Translations under genes and position numbers: made by a program | The notes under the pieces: model-generated | What the model saw: the letters and a program-made list of their open reading frames with translations, nothing else | What the model was told of the DNA's origin: nothing | The model's database searches: none | Origin: an uncultured Tepidisphaerales bacterium | GTDB taxonomy: Bacteria > Planctomycetota > Phycisphaerae > Tepidisphaerales > Tepidisphaeraceae | Direction of reading: 5' to 3' | Length of the DNA: 64,000 bases | Assembly: GCA_964388485.1 (NCBI GenBank) | Contig: CAYMAS010000008.1 | Location: 24,423-88,422 of the forward strand | Shown: positions 49,959 through 60,089 of the stretch, in pieces | Layout: every line of letters begins with the position of its first letter | How positions within the stretch are numbered: position 1 is the first letter of the stretch

Positions 49959-52124
49959 CTAATTCGCCAGCCGCGTCGCTTGTTCGGCCAGGCGGCGGCG
50001 GTTGAGGTCGTCGAGGGGTGGGTCCCAGGTCAGGACGTCTTCGATCACCCGGCGTGCCTCGTCGGGTCGGCCTGCTTCGATCAGCGCGTTGACGCTGCGA
50101 CGCACCATCGCTCCGACATCCGATGCCATGCTCGGGCGACGCTCGACGATCATGGTGGCCAGCCGGCGGGCGTCGGCGGTGCTGCCGGCAAGGAGATAGC
50201 CGCTCATCGCGCCGCCGGCACGCGTCAAGGCGGAGGCCGTCACCGACAGGCCACGCGTGTCCTGGCCATCGGCGGCGGCGTCCTGACGATCAAGCTCCAG
50301 ACGCAACGCCTCCTCGTACGCCGCGGCAGATTCGGCGGGACGGTCCAGCACGCGATCGCTCAACAGCTCCGCCCGCTCCTGCAGCCGAAACCCGAGTCGC
50401 ACGATGTCGCCCGCCGCCCGCGCCCGTTCAGCCAGTTCCGTCACGACCGCCAGCCGCAACGCCGCGTCCTGCAGCCGGTCGGGCCAACTCGCCAACGCCG
50501 CCACGTCCGCCGCGGGAAGGGCATCGAGAAACGCCTCCCGCGCCGCATCGCCGGCGGCGTCGCGTGGCTGACCCGGCGGCGGGTCGAACAACGGCTCGAG
50601 CCGGGCCATGCGGGCGAACCCGCCCGTCGCCGCCAACGCCCGCACCGCCGCGACGCGAACGCTCAGTTCCGGATGCCGCAGATAACTCACCGGCACGTCG
50701 GCCACCCGCGCATCGCCCGACGCCGCCAAACCACTCAACGCAATCTCGATGCGGATTGAATTCGCCGCGTCGTCCTGACCCAATGCCGCGAGACGATCGA
50801 CCCACAAGCGCGTCAGCGAGGCGTCGGGCAACTTCGCCAATGCCCGCAGGTAAGCCAGTTCGGTGGCGACGTCCGGAGCATCGTCAGCCGTTGCGAGCAG
50901 GGCCTCCTTGGTTCGCCGGAGCAGGCCCAGATCGTCCGATGCCGCGGCGACGCGTGCGGCGAGATCGGCAGCGCGCAGGCGGACGAGCGACGAGCCGTCC
51001 TGTCGCATGACTTGCAGCAAGGTTCCCGAGTCCTGCGCATCTGCCGTCGGGGCGACGAGGTCGAGCAGGTCGAGCCGCACGTCCGCCAGCGGTTCGAGGA
51101 AGAGCCGGCTCAGGAGCAAGTCGTCGGCCGACTCTTCGCCGCGGTCGCGGACGATGCGGGCAAAGAGCACGCGTGCCGCCGGTTCGGGATCGGTCAGGTT
51201 GATGCGTACGGCACGCATCGCCGTCTCGCTCGGCAGGTCGCCGAAGCTGAGGTTGTCCAGGACGATCCGACCCGCCGCCAGTCGCACCGGAGCGGCCGGA
51301 TCGCAGAGCCAGGCTTCGAGCAACGCGGGCCGTTCCTCGGCGGGCGTGGCGGTGTAGCGATCACGGGCAAAGGCTTCGAGCCGGCTTGCAAGGTCCTCTC
51401 GACCCGTGGCGGCTTGTCGAAGGCGAAGTTGCGAGGCCCGACGCAGCACGTCGGCGAGTCGGGCACGGTCGTCCTGCGTCTGAGCCCATTGCTGCCAGGC
51501 GCTGATGTCGAGATCAAGCGGCCCGTCGAGTCCGGCGAGCATCGTCCGCAACCCGCGGGCGGCGTCGCGTCGAATCTCGGACAGATAGGCGTCGCCGAGC
51601 ATCGGCACGAGGGCATCGACGGCGTCGACGGTGCCGACGAGGGTCAGGCCGTGGATAGCCGCGCGTTGCGTGGCGGCGGTGTTGCCCGCGGCGGTGGCAT
51701 CGGCGAGCGCCGCGACATCACCGGTGGCGGCGAGGGCTTCTGCGGCGGCCTGTTTGGAGTCGGCGCCGACGGCCGTGACGTCGAGCAGAAACGGCAGCAC
51801 CACGTCGGCGGCGGCGGGCGCCAGGTCGTCGCGTTCGGCCAGCAGCTTGAGCCAACGCGTCCGCTCGCTCGGCGTGGCTTCGTCACGAACGGTCGTCGCG
51901 GCGTCGGCGAGTTCGTCCACCGGTACGCTGGCGAGGTAACGAAGCCATCCGATGCGGGCCATCGGATCGGGCGACTGAGCATCTTGTGTGGCGGGTTGGA
52001 CGAGCGTCGTCGGCTGCGCACGCACAGGTCCCACCGCCGCAGCGGCGACGGCCGCGACGAAGATCTGGAGCCGACGTTTCAAGATGCACCTACAAAGCTC
52101 TTCCGGAACGACCCGGATTCTCAC
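49959..52124 (-). CDS. Secreted alpha-helical (HEAT/ARM-like) repeat protein
   Basis: 721-aa Ala/Leu/Arg/Asp-rich helical repeats. Signal-like KRRLQIFVAAVAAAAVGPVRAQ. Start is GTG 52124 or TTG 52082. Confidence 0.6.
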   Translation of the reverse strand: MRIRVVPEELCRCILKRRLQIFVAAVAAAAVGPVRAQPTTLVQPATQDAQSPDPMARIGWLRYLASVPVDELADAATTVRDEATPSERTRWLKLLAERDDLAPAAADVVLPFLLDVTAVGADSKQAAAEALAATGDVAALADATAAGNTAATQRAAIHGLTLVGTVDAVDALVPMLGDAYLSEIRRDAARGLRTMLAGLDGPLDLDISAWQQWAQTQDDRARLADVLRRASQLRLRQAATGREDLASRLEAFARDRYTATPAEERPALLEAWLCDPAAPVRLAAGRIVLDNLSFGDLPSETAMRAVRINLTDPEPAARVLFARIVRDRGEESADDLLLSRLFLEPLADVRLDLLDLVAPTADAQDSGTLLQVMRQDGSSLVRLRAADLAARVAAASDDLGLLRRTKEALLATADDAPDVATELAYLRALAKLPDASLTRLWVDRLAALGQDDAANSIRIEIALSGLAASGDARVADVPVSYLRHPELSVRVAAVRALAATGGFARMARLEPLFDPPPGQPRDAAGDAAREAFLDALPAADVAALASWPDRLQDAALRLAVVTELAERARAAGDIVRLGFRLQERAELLSDRVLDRPAESAAAYEEALRLELDRQDAAADGQDTRGLSVTASALTRAGGAMSGYLLAGSTADARRLATMIVERRPSMASDVGAMVRRSVNALIEAGRPDEARRVIEDVLTWDPPLDDLNRRRLAEQATRLAN

Positions 52125-52182
52125 AGCGTAGCCGCGACGCGGGCACCGTGCTTGTCAGCCGGCATCTGCTTCAGCATCAGTC

Positions 52183-52275
52183 CCCGGAGCGGCGGCACTT
52201 GTGCCGCGGTGGATCGGAGCACGCGCCACGATTCGCTGCACGGGCTCAACGCGGCACAAGTGCCGCCGCTCCGGG
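52183..52275. repeat. 26-bp perfect inverted repeat with 41-bp spacer
   Basis: CCCGGAGCGGCGGCACTTGTGCCGCG at 52183..52208, with its exact reverse complement at 52250..52275. Intergenic. Confidence 0.95.
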
Positions 52276-52289
52276 TTGAGGTGCACTGC

Positions 52290-53456
52290 TCAGCTAGATT
52301 GCGTCAGCCGCCTAAAAACCTCGATCTCCGCTGGGTCGTAGGGCGTGTGGTCCGGGCGGAACAGGTCGTGGAACCACAGCGGCGGGTCGGGCCACGGATC
52401 GCCATCCCGGTGGACGTGACCGGCGTTGCGGAGGTCCTGGAGCGTGACAACCTGGCCATCGTCGTCGAGTCGCTGGCGGCTCCACCAGGGCACGTGCGTC
52501 TGACTCTTGCCCAGGACGAACCCCCAGTGCACTGCCGCGACACGCTCCCGCTTGAGCAGCGGCAGAATGGTCTCGACGAGGTTGCCCTGGTGCCGATTGA
52601 GCCATTCGGTCGCGAAGATCGGGCGGCCGTCGTTCTGGTAGTCACGAATCTCTCGGAGCGTCGCGGGCGGCGGGTTGTAGAGGTGGATTGAGTGGAAGTC
52701 GCTGTTGACCCGGCCGATGTGCAGGTTGCCCTCGCCGACGCAGCCGAGGGTGGTTGACGTGATCGGCTGGGACGGGTCGACCTCGCGAGCCCACGTCCAT
52801 GCGTCGTGGAGGAGCGTGTTCGACGCGTCGCCGACCTGGCCGACCGGCTGGTTCGTCGTCTCGACGATGACGCCGCCGACTTCGCCCCGGCCCGGTTCGT
52901 TGTAGAGCTCCCAGGCGAGGATGCGATCATCGTCCTTGAAGTGGCGGATCGTCTCGACCACGTACCGACGTAGCGTCTCATCCTTGTCGCCCGCGGCGTA
53001 ACGGAGCAGGACGTCCTTGCGGGGCGAACTGACCCAGCCGTTGTTGTGCCAACCCGACACGGCCGGCGGCTGGTTGCCGAGGGCGGCGTCGGGGTAGTGG
53101 CAGTCGTCGAAGAAGACGATCATCGGCCGGATGCCGCGTCGTGTGCAGGCGTCGAGGAACCGGTCCATTCGCTCGTACAGACCGGCTTCGTCGTCGGCGT
53201 GGACGAGGTCGTGGAGGTAGACCCGCAGCGTGTTCATACTGATCGAAGCGGCGAGGTCGAGCTCCTTCTCGATCGTCGGCAGGTCGAAGGTGGAGGCCTG
53301 CCACATGTCGATCTGGTTGATCGCGGTCGCCGGGTAGTAGTTGCAGCCGACGAGCCACGGCAGGGCGTCGTACCACCGGTTGATGCGGCCCGTCTCCCAG
53401 CGGCCGGGGACGGGCTCGTAAGTCTCGATGGGCAGTTGTCCTTGCATGGCAGGCAA
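52290..53456 (-). CDS. GH5-like (cellulase-superfamily TIM barrel) glycoside hydrolase
   Basis: WLVGCNYYPATAINQIDMWQ...TLRVYLH...ILAWELYNEPG (acid/base NEP) ...FATEWL. No signal peptide seen. Confidence 0.65.
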   Translation of the reverse strand: MPAMQGQLPIETYEPVPGRWETGRINRWYDALPWLVGCNYYPATAINQIDMWQASTFDLPTIEKELDLAASISMNTLRVYLHDLVHADDEAGLYERMDRFLDACTRRGIRPMIVFFDDCHYPDAALGNQPPAVSGWHNNGWVSSPRKDVLLRYAAGDKDETLRRYVVETIRHFKDDDRILAWELYNEPGRGEVGGVIVETTNQPVGQVGDASNTLLHDAWTWAREVDPSQPITSTTLGCVGEGNLHIGRVNSDFHSIHLYNPPPATLREIRDYQNDGRPIFATEWLNRHQGNLVETILPLLKRERVAAVHWGFVLGKSQTHVPWWSRQRLDDDGQVVTLQDLRNAGHVHRDGDPWPDPPLWFHDLFRPDHTPYDPAEIEVFRRLTQSS

Positions 53457-53478
53457 CTTAGCAGACTGAAAGGCGGCG

Positions 53479-54261
53479 GTGCGGCGTCGCGTACGGTGGG
53501 CGGTGCCGAAGGCGGAAGCGATCTGGGATCAAAAGCGGCTGGCCAACCCGCACGCCGAGGCGGACAAGCAGAAGCGGGTGCGTGACATGTTCGCCGCGAT
53601 CGCGCCGAGCTACGACCTGAACAACCGCTTGTGGTCGCTGGGCATCGACCAGTCGTGGCGACGCAAGGCGGTGAAGCTGTCGCGGCTCGGGGCGAACGAT
53701 CAGGTCGTCGACGTCGCCTGCGGGACGGGCGACCTGACGATCCTCTATGCCGATGCCTTGGCCAAGCTCGGCGGCGGGCCGGCGGCGATTGGGGTCGACT
53801 ACACGCACGAGATGCTCCCGCCGGCGGTGCGGAAGACCAAGACGGGCGCGGTTTACGTCAACGGCGACGCCCAGCGGCTGCCGCTGCCGGACGCGTCGGC
53901 AGACGTCGTCTCCATCGCCTTCGGCATCCGCAACGTCGCCGACTCGACCGTCGCCTACCGCGACTTTCACCGCGTCCTGCGGCCCGGCGGGCGGGTCGTC
54001 GTCCTCGAGTTCTCCAAGCCGACGAACGGCGTTATCCGCTTCGGGTACGACCTCTATTTCAACCACGTCCTGACCCGCCTGGCGTCGCTCGTGGCCCGGG
54101 ACAAGACCGGGGCCTATCGCTACCTGGCCAGCAGCGTCGAGACGTTCAAGCCGCGAGGCGTCATGCAACAAGAGCTCGAAGCCGCCGGATTCGAGAAGGT
54201 GACGCAGACGCCACTGACATTTGGGATCGCTGTCATCTATGTCGGCACGAAGCCCGTTTGA
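53479..54261 (+). CDS. ubiE: Demethylmenaquinone/ubiquinone C-methyltransferase UbiE/MenG
   Basis: VRDMFAAIAPSYDLNNRLWSLGIDQSWRR...VVDVACGTGDL...RVLRPGGRVVVLEFS is the canonical UbiE pattern. The GTG start is uncertain. Confidence 0.85.
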   Translation: MRRRVRWAVPKAEAIWDQKRLANPHAEADKQKRVRDMFAAIAPSYDLNNRLWSLGIDQSWRRKAVKLSRLGANDQVVDVACGTGDLTILYADALAKLGGGPAAIGVDYTHEMLPPAVRKTKTGAVYVNGDAQRLPLPDASADVVSIAFGIRNVADSTVAYRDFHRVLRPGGRVVVLEFSKPTNGVIRFGYDLYFNHVLTRLASLVARDKTGAYRYLASSVETFKPRGVMQQELEAAGFEKVTQTPLTFGIAVIYVGTKPV

Positions 54262-54274
54262 TACGCTCGGCGGC

Positions 54275-54886
54275 ATGAGCCCGCAGACCTCGCAACTCGC
54301 CCGTGCCACCGCCCACGACCAATTCATGGTCCGGGCCAAAGTTCTCTCCTTCATCGGCCAGAAGTTCCACGTTTACGACCCGCAGGACAACGTCATCCTC
54401 TTCTGCAAGCTCAAGGGCTTTCGGCTCAAGGAGGACATCGAAGTTTTCGCCGGCGAGGAGCAGTCGATGCCGATGCTGCGGATCAGGGCGCGGAGCGTCA
54501 TCGACTTCAGCGCCAGCTACGACGTCCTCGACGCCACGGCCGGCGACGTGAAGATCGGCGTGCTGCGTCGCAAGGGCATGAAGAGCCTGCTGCGTGACGC
54601 ATGGGAGATGCTCGATGCGAACGAGCAGCTCATCGCGACGATCCAGGAGGACTCGGCAGTGAAGGCCATCGTCCGGCGGTTCGTGGAAGCGGCCTCAGCG
54701 TTCATGCCGCAGGCGTTCCACGGCGAAATCGACGGCCGGACGTTGTTCGTGATGAAGCAGAACTTCAACCCGTTCGTGAGGAAGCTCAACTGCGACTTCT
54801 CCGCCGACACCGGCGGCAAGATCGACCGCCGCCTCGGTCTCGCAGCGGCGTTGCTGCTGATGGCGATCGAGGGCAAGCAGAGCTGA
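54275..54886 (+). CDS. LURP-one/scramblase-like (DUF567, tubby C-terminal-like) protein
   Basis: QFMVRAKVLSFIGQKFHVYDPQDNVILFCKLKGFRLKEDIEVF... matches the pattern of the LOR/DUF567 family. Starts 14 bp after ubiE. Confidence 0.5.
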   Translation: MSPQTSQLARATAHDQFMVRAKVLSFIGQKFHVYDPQDNVILFCKLKGFRLKEDIEVFAGEEQSMPMLRIRARSVIDFSASYDVLDATAGDVKIGVLRRKGMKSLLRDAWEMLDANEQLIATIQEDSAVKAIVRRFVEAASAFMPQAFHGEIDGRTLFVMKQNFNPFVRKLNCDFSADTGGKIDRRLGLAAALLLMAIEGKQS

Positions 54887-55016
54887 ATCCACAGGATCGG
54901 CTCCACCAGTTTTGACCCGCACGCCGCCCCGCGGGTCGTAGGGTGTGGCACCACCACTTCCACCACCATCAAGGGTGACGGCCGACCGCCGGCCGGCGCC
55001 GGACGGGATGTAACGC

Positions 55017-58000
55017 ATGAAGCCGACGACGAAGCCGACGCTGCCAAATTATCACCGCACCCTCGACGGCCTGCCCGTCGCCGAAGGCCTGTACGATCCG
55101 CGGTTCGAGCACGACAATTGCGGCTTCGGCTTCGTCGCTCACGTCAAGGGCAAACCGTCCCACCAACTCGTCCAGCGGTCGCAGGAGATGCTCACCAACA
55201 TGGAGCACCGAGGCGGCTGTGGGTGCGATCCGGGCAGCGGTGACGGCGCGGGCGTATTGCTCGGCATGCCGGACGCCTTCCTGCGGCGGGCGGCGCAGGA
55301 GGTCAAGATCGACCTGCCGCCACAGGGCGAGTATGCGGTAGGGATGATGTTCCTGCCACGCGAGACCGTGCACCGCCGCAAGTGCGAGCGGCTGTTCGAA
55401 CGGGTTCTGGCGGATTACGACATGCACGTTATCGGCTGGCGTGATGTGCCGGTCGATCCAAGCGTCCTCGGCGGGGATGCAGCGGAGACAGAGCCGGAGG
55501 TGCGGCAAGCGTTCGTCGGCATGAAGCGGTCCTTCTTCGACCGCAGCGACTTCAACCGCCGGCTCTACCTCGTCCGCCAACGCGTCGAGAACCACGTCGA
55601 GCACGGGGACGGCCGCGATTGGCCGCAGACCGTCAAGGAGCAGTTCTACCTCTGCACGCTCAGCACCAACCGCCTCGTCTACAAGGGCATGCTCACCGCC
55701 CCGCAGCTGGGCACGTACTACAAGGACCTCCAGCAGCCCGACTTCGCCAGCCACTTTGCGGTCGTCCACAGCCGCTTCTCGACGAACACGTTCCCGTCGT
55801 GGCGACTGGCTCATCCGTACCGCTACCTGGCCCACAACGGCGAAATCAACACCATCCGCGGCAACCGCAACTGGATGCGGGCCCGCTACGGCTCGCTCAA
55901 ATCCGACCGCTTCGGCGCAGAGCTCGACAAGCTCTTTCCGATCCTCTCCAGCAGCACCAGCGACTCGGCGACGCTCGACAACGCGTTGCAGTTCCTCACC
56001 GTCAACGGCCGGAACATCGCCCACTCGATGCTGATGCTCATTCCCGAGGCATGGCAGAACGACCCGCACATGGACCCGGATCTGCGGGCCTTCTTTGAGT
56101 ATCACGCGTTACTCATGGAGCCGTGGGACGGTCCGGCGGGTGTGGCGTTCACGAACGGCCGACAACTCGGGGCACTGCTCGACCGCAACGGTCTGCGTCC
56201 GGCTCGGTACTACCTGACGGACGACGACCTGCTGGTCATGGGCTCCGAGGCCGGCTCGATCGAGTTGCCGCCGGAGTCGATCGTCAAGAAGTGGCGGCTC
56301 CAGCCGGGCAAGATGCTGCTCGCCGACTTCGAGGAAGGCCGCATCGTCAGCGACGACGAGGTCAAGCAGGATCTGGTCGATATGCGGCCCTGGTCGCGTT
56401 GGGTGCGTGACGGCCTGATCGACGTCGAAGCCCGCATGGCCGAGGAGCAAAAGGGCGGCACGCTGCAGAAGCCGCGGCGGCTCTTCGAGCCGGCGGTGAC
56501 GGCCAACGTCGTCGCCGATTTCGACGGCATGTCGACCGACTCCATGCCGCGGAAGTCTCACGTGCCGGGTCAGACGACGGCGACGGATCCCGATGCGGAT
56601 CTGCTCAAGATCCAACGGGCCTTCGGGTACACGAACGAGGACCTGCGGATGCTCCTCTACCCGATGGCGGCGTCGGGTGCCGAAGCGGTCGGGTCGATGG
56701 GTGCTGACACGCCGTTGGCGTGCTTGAGCGACAAGCCCCAGCCGCTGTTCAACTACTTCAAGCAGCTCTTCGCCCAGGTCACGAACCCGCCGCTGGATGC
56801 GATTCGCGAGGAGATGGTCACGAGCCTGATCACCTACCTCGGCCACGAGCGGAACCTGCTCGACGAATCGCCCGAGCACGCCAGGCTCCTCAAGCTGCGC
56901 GGGCCGGTCATCAACAACGAAGAACTGGCCTGGATTCGCAAGTTCGGCGAGAGTGCCGAAGGCCGCGAAGAGTTCAAGACCGCGACGATCTCCTGCCTGT
57001 TCGACGTGACCGGCGGCGAGGATGGCGAGACGGAGCCGGCCGTCGCGTTGGAGTTGGCGGTCGACGAGCTGTGCCACGAAGTCAGCGAAGCCGTGCATGA
57101 CGGCGTGAGCATCATCATTCTCAGCGACAAGGGCGTTAGTGAGACGATGGCCCCGATTCCGTCACTGTTGGCGACGAGTGCCGTGCATCACCACCTCATT
57201 CGCGACGGCACGCGAAACCAGTGCGGCATCGTCATCGAAACAGGCGAAGCACGCGAAGGCCACCACTTCTGCTGCCTGCTCGGATACGGGGCGGGGGCGA
57301 TCAACCCGTACCTGGCGCTCGACACGATCGACGACCTCGACGCCGACGGCCTCTTGCCCCCTGAGACGTCGGCCGAGGAGGCGAAGTACAACTTCGTCAA
57401 GGCGAGCCACAAGGCGATCCTGAAGGTCGCCAGCAAGATGGGCATCAGCACCGTGCAGAGCTATCGGGCGGCTCAGGTGTTCGAGGCCTTAGGCATCGGC
57501 CGGCCGGTGATCGATCAGTATTTTGTCGACACGCCCAGCCGCATCGGCGGGATCGGGATGCCGGAGATTGCCCAGGAAGCGCTCATGAAGCACCGACGCG
57601 CCTTCCCGCGTGTCGAGGCGGAGAAGAGCCGCGTCCTCGACGCCGGCGGCTACTACCAGTGGCGACGCGACGGCGAATATCACCAGTGGAATCCCGACAC
57701 CGTCGCGAAGCTGCAGCACGCGGTCCGCGTCGACAGCGAGAAGGCCTACCGCAGCTACGCCAAGCTCGTCGACGACGACGCCAAGGCCAAGAGCACGTTG
57801 CGTGGTTTGATGGAGTTCGACCACGTCAACGAGCCGGTGCCGTTGGCGGAAGTCGAAGAGGCCAAGGAGATCGTCAAGCGGTTCGCGACCGGTGCGATGA
57901 GCTTCGGCTCAATCAGCAAGGAAGCGCACGAGACGCTGGCGTTGGCGATGAACCAGATCGGCGGCAAGAGCAACTCGGGCGAGGGCGGCGAAGATCCGGA

Positions 58001-59807
58001 GCGGTACGTGCAACTCGGCACGAACGGCTCGGCGAAACGGAACCCGCGACGGTCGGCGATCAAGCAGGTCGCGTCGGGCCGATTCGGCGTGCACGGCAAC
58101 TACCTGCGGAACAGCGACCAGATCCAGATCAAGGTCGCCCAGGGTGCCAAGCCCGGCGAAGGCGGGGCACTGGGCGGTCAGAAGGTCGACGAGTACATCG
58201 CCAAGGTGCGTCACAGCACGCCGGGCGTCGGCCTGATCTCGCCGCCGCCGCACCACGACATCTACTCGATCGAGGACCTGGCGCAGCTCATCCACGACTG
58301 CAAGAACGTCAACCCGGCGGCTGACGTGAGCGTCAAGCTCGTCAGTGAGGTTGGCGTCGGCACGGTGGCGGCGGGCGTCGCCAAGGCCAAGGCCGATCAC
58401 ATCGTCATCGCCGGCTTCGATGGTGGCACGGGCAACGCGGCGTTGAGTTCGATCAAGCACTGCGGCCTGCCGTGGGAACTCGGACTCGCCGAAACGCAGC
58501 AGACGCTCCTGAAGAACGGCCTGCGTGGTCGCGTTCGTCTTCAAGCCGACGGCGGCATGAAGACCGGTCGCGACGTCGTCATCGCCGCGTTGCTCGGTGC
58601 CGAAGAAGTCGGCTTCAGCACGGCCCCGCTCATCGCGCTGGGCTGCATCATGATGCGTGTCTGCCACCTCAACACCTGCCCGGTCGGCATCGCGACGCAG
58701 GATCCGGAGCTACGCAAGAAGTTCATCGGCACGCCGGAGAACGTGATCAACTTCATGTTCTTCATTGCCGAGGAGGTCCGCGAGACGATGGCGAGTCTCG
58801 GGTTCCGCACGTTCGATGAGATGGTGGGACGCAGCGATTGCCTGAAGTTCACGGACTTGTCGGATCATCCGAAGCAGAAGCACCTGGACTTGTCGGTGAT
58901 TTTGCACGACGTCGAGCCGCGCAGCTTCGACGCCAAGCGGAAGATCAAGGACCAGGACCACGAGATCGACCGGGCGTTGGACAACCGGCTGATCGAGCTG
59001 GCGATGCCGGCGATCGAGCGGGGCGAGACGGTCCACGCCGAGGTGCCGGTGCGAAACGTGAACCGCACCTGCGGCACGATGCTCAGCGGCAAGATCGCCG
59101 AGGTGCACGGGCTGGCGGGGCTGCCGGACGACACGATTCGATTCAAGCTCGGCGGCACGGCGGGGCAGAGCTTTGGGGCATTTCTGGCTCGGGGCGTGAC
59201 GCTCGAACTCGAAGGCGACGCTAACGACTACGTCGGCAAGGGCCTGAGCGGCGGGCGCATCGTGGTCTATCCGCCGAAGGTCAGCGTGTTCGAGGCAGAG
59301 GAGAACATCATCGCCGGCAACGTGATCGGCTACGGCGCGATCAGCGGCGAAATGTACCTGCGTGGCTTCGTCGGCGAGCGGTTCTGCGTGCGGAACAGCG
59401 GAGCTGACGCGGTGGCGGAGGGTTGCGGCGACCACGGCTGCGAGTACATGACCGGCGGCCGGGTCTTAGTCCTGGGCAAGACCGGCCGGAACTTCGCCGC
59501 CGGCATGTCGGGCGGGATTGCCTACGTCTACGACCCGGACGACGACTTTGCGAGCCACTGCAACATGGAGATGGTCGAGCTGGGCCCGGTCGACGAAGAG
59601 GAAGACCTCGCCACCGTCCGGCGGCTGATGCAGGGTCACGCGGACCTGACCGACAGCCCGGTAGCCCGCGGCATGCTCGACCACTTCGAGGCGGCGATCA
59701 CGTTCTTCAAGCGGGTCATGCCGACGGACTACCGCCTCGTGATGGAAAAGCAGCGGGCGAGTTCGAGCGTCTTGCTTGGTCCGACTTCTGCCGCATCATC
59801 GGGATAG
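55017..59807 (+). CDS. gltB: Glutamate synthase large subunit
   Basis: 1,596 aa. Ntn amidotransferase start CGFGFVAHVKG, followed by FMN/central/GXGXG domains collinear with GltB. Confidence 0.95.
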   Translation: MKPTTKPTLPNYHRTLDGLPVAEGLYDPRFEHDNCGFGFVAHVKGKPSHQLVQRSQEMLTNMEHRGGCGCDPGSGDGAGVLLGMPDAFLRRAAQEVKIDLPPQGEYAVGMMFLPRETVHRRKCERLFERVLADYDMHVIGWRDVPVDPSVLGGDAAETEPEVRQAFVGMKRSFFDRSDFNRRLYLVRQRVENHVEHGDGRDWPQTVKEQFYLCTLSTNRLVYKGMLTAPQLGTYYKDLQQPDFASHFAVVHSRFSTNTFPSWRLAHPYRYLAHNGEINTIRGNRNWMRARYGSLKSDRFGAELDKLFPILSSSTSDSATLDNALQFLTVNGRNIAHSMLMLIPEAWQNDPHMDPDLRAFFEYHALLMEPWDGPAGVAFTNGRQLGALLDRNGLRPARYYLTDDDLLVMGSEAGSIELPPESIVKKWRLQPGKMLLADFEEGRIVSDDEVKQDLVDMRPWSRWVRDGLIDVEARMAEEQKGGTLQKPRRLFEPAVTANVVADFDGMSTDSMPRKSHVPGQTTATDPDADLLKIQRAFGYTNEDLRMLLYPMAASGAEAVGSMGADTPLACLSDKPQPLFNYFKQLFAQVTNPPLDAIREEMVTSLITYLGHERNLLDESPEHARLLKLRGPVINNEELAWIRKFGESAEGREEFKTATISCLFDVTGGEDGETEPAVALELAVDELCHEVSEAVHDGVSIIILSDKGVSETMAPIPSLLATSAVHHHLIRDGTRNQCGIVIETGEAREGHHFCCLLGYGAGAINPYLALDTIDDLDADGLLPPETSAEEAKYNFVKASHKAILKVASKMGISTVQSYRAAQVFEALGIGRPVIDQYFVDTPSRIGGIGMPEIAQEALMKHRRAFPRVEAEKSRVLDAGGYYQWRRDGEYHQWNPDTVAKLQHAVRVDSEKAYRSYAKLVDDDAKAKSTLRGLMEFDHVNEPVPLAEVEEAKEIVKRFATGAMSFGSISKEAHETLALAMNQIGGKSNSGEGGEDPERYVQLGTNGSAKRNPRRSAIKQVASGRFGVHGNYLRNSDQIQIKVAQGAKPGEGGALGGQKVDEYIAKVRHSTPGVGLISPPPHHDIYSIEDLAQLIHDCKNVNPAADVSVKLVSEVGVGTVAAGVAKAKADHIVIAGFDGGTGNAALSSIKHCGLPWELGLAETQQTLLKNGLRGRVRLQADGGMKTGRDVVIAALLGAEEVGFSTAPLIALGCIMMRVCHLNTCPVGIATQDPELRKKFIGTPENVINFMFFIAEEVRETMASLGFRTFDEMVGRSDCLKFTDLSDHPKQKHLDLSVILHDVEPRSFDAKRKIKDQDHEIDRALDNRLIELAMPAIERGETVHAEVPVRNVNRTCGTMLSGKIAEVHGLAGLPDDTIRFKLGGTAGQSFGAFLARGVTLELEGDANDYVGKGLSGGRIVVYPPKVSVFEAEENIIAGNVIGYGAISGEMYLRGFVGERFCVRNSGADAVAEGCGDHGCEYMTGGRVLVLGKTGRNFAAGMSGGIAYVYDPDDDFASHCNMEMVELGPVDEEEDLATVRRLMQGHADLTDSPVARGMLDHFEAAITFFKRVMPTDYRLVMEKQRASSSVLLGPTSAASSG

Positions 59808-59927
59808 GCGTTAGATTCAGATTCCCGAGAGCAACGACTCATGTCAAGCCGCTTTGATCCTGTTCGCGATGCTGCTGTGGCGATCTATGCTGTGGGGTGA
59901 AGGACGTCAGACTCGACTCGCCAGCGG

Positions 59928-60089
59928 ATGTCGGAGAACGACGACGAGCTGGCGTGGCTCATGGACGACCTGCTGGATGCCATGTTGGATCTCAAATGGG
60001 CTACCATGGCCGATGATGAGGATCTGATGGAGGCGTACCACGAGGACGTCCGCTACCTGATTGACGAGGTGACCGACTATGACCTTTGA
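59928..60089 (+). CDS. 53-aa highly acidic protein (below the ORF-track cutoff)
   Basis: ATG 59928 to TGA 60087..60089: MSENDDELAWLMDDLLDAMLDLKWATMADDEDLMEAYHEDVRYLIDEVTDYDL (19 Asp/Glu). Overlaps the next ATG by 11 nt. Confidence 0.4.
   Translation: MSENDDELAWLMDDLLDAMLDLKWATMADDEDLMEAYHEDVRYLIDEVTDYDL

Noticed and set aside
51012-52691. 559-aa plus-strand ORF
   Set aside because: It crosses the intergenic inverted repeat and two opposite-strand genes. Junk-like composition.
54969-56105. 378-aa minus-strand ORF
   Set aside because: Antisense to the unmistakable gltB N-terminal amidotransferase domain.
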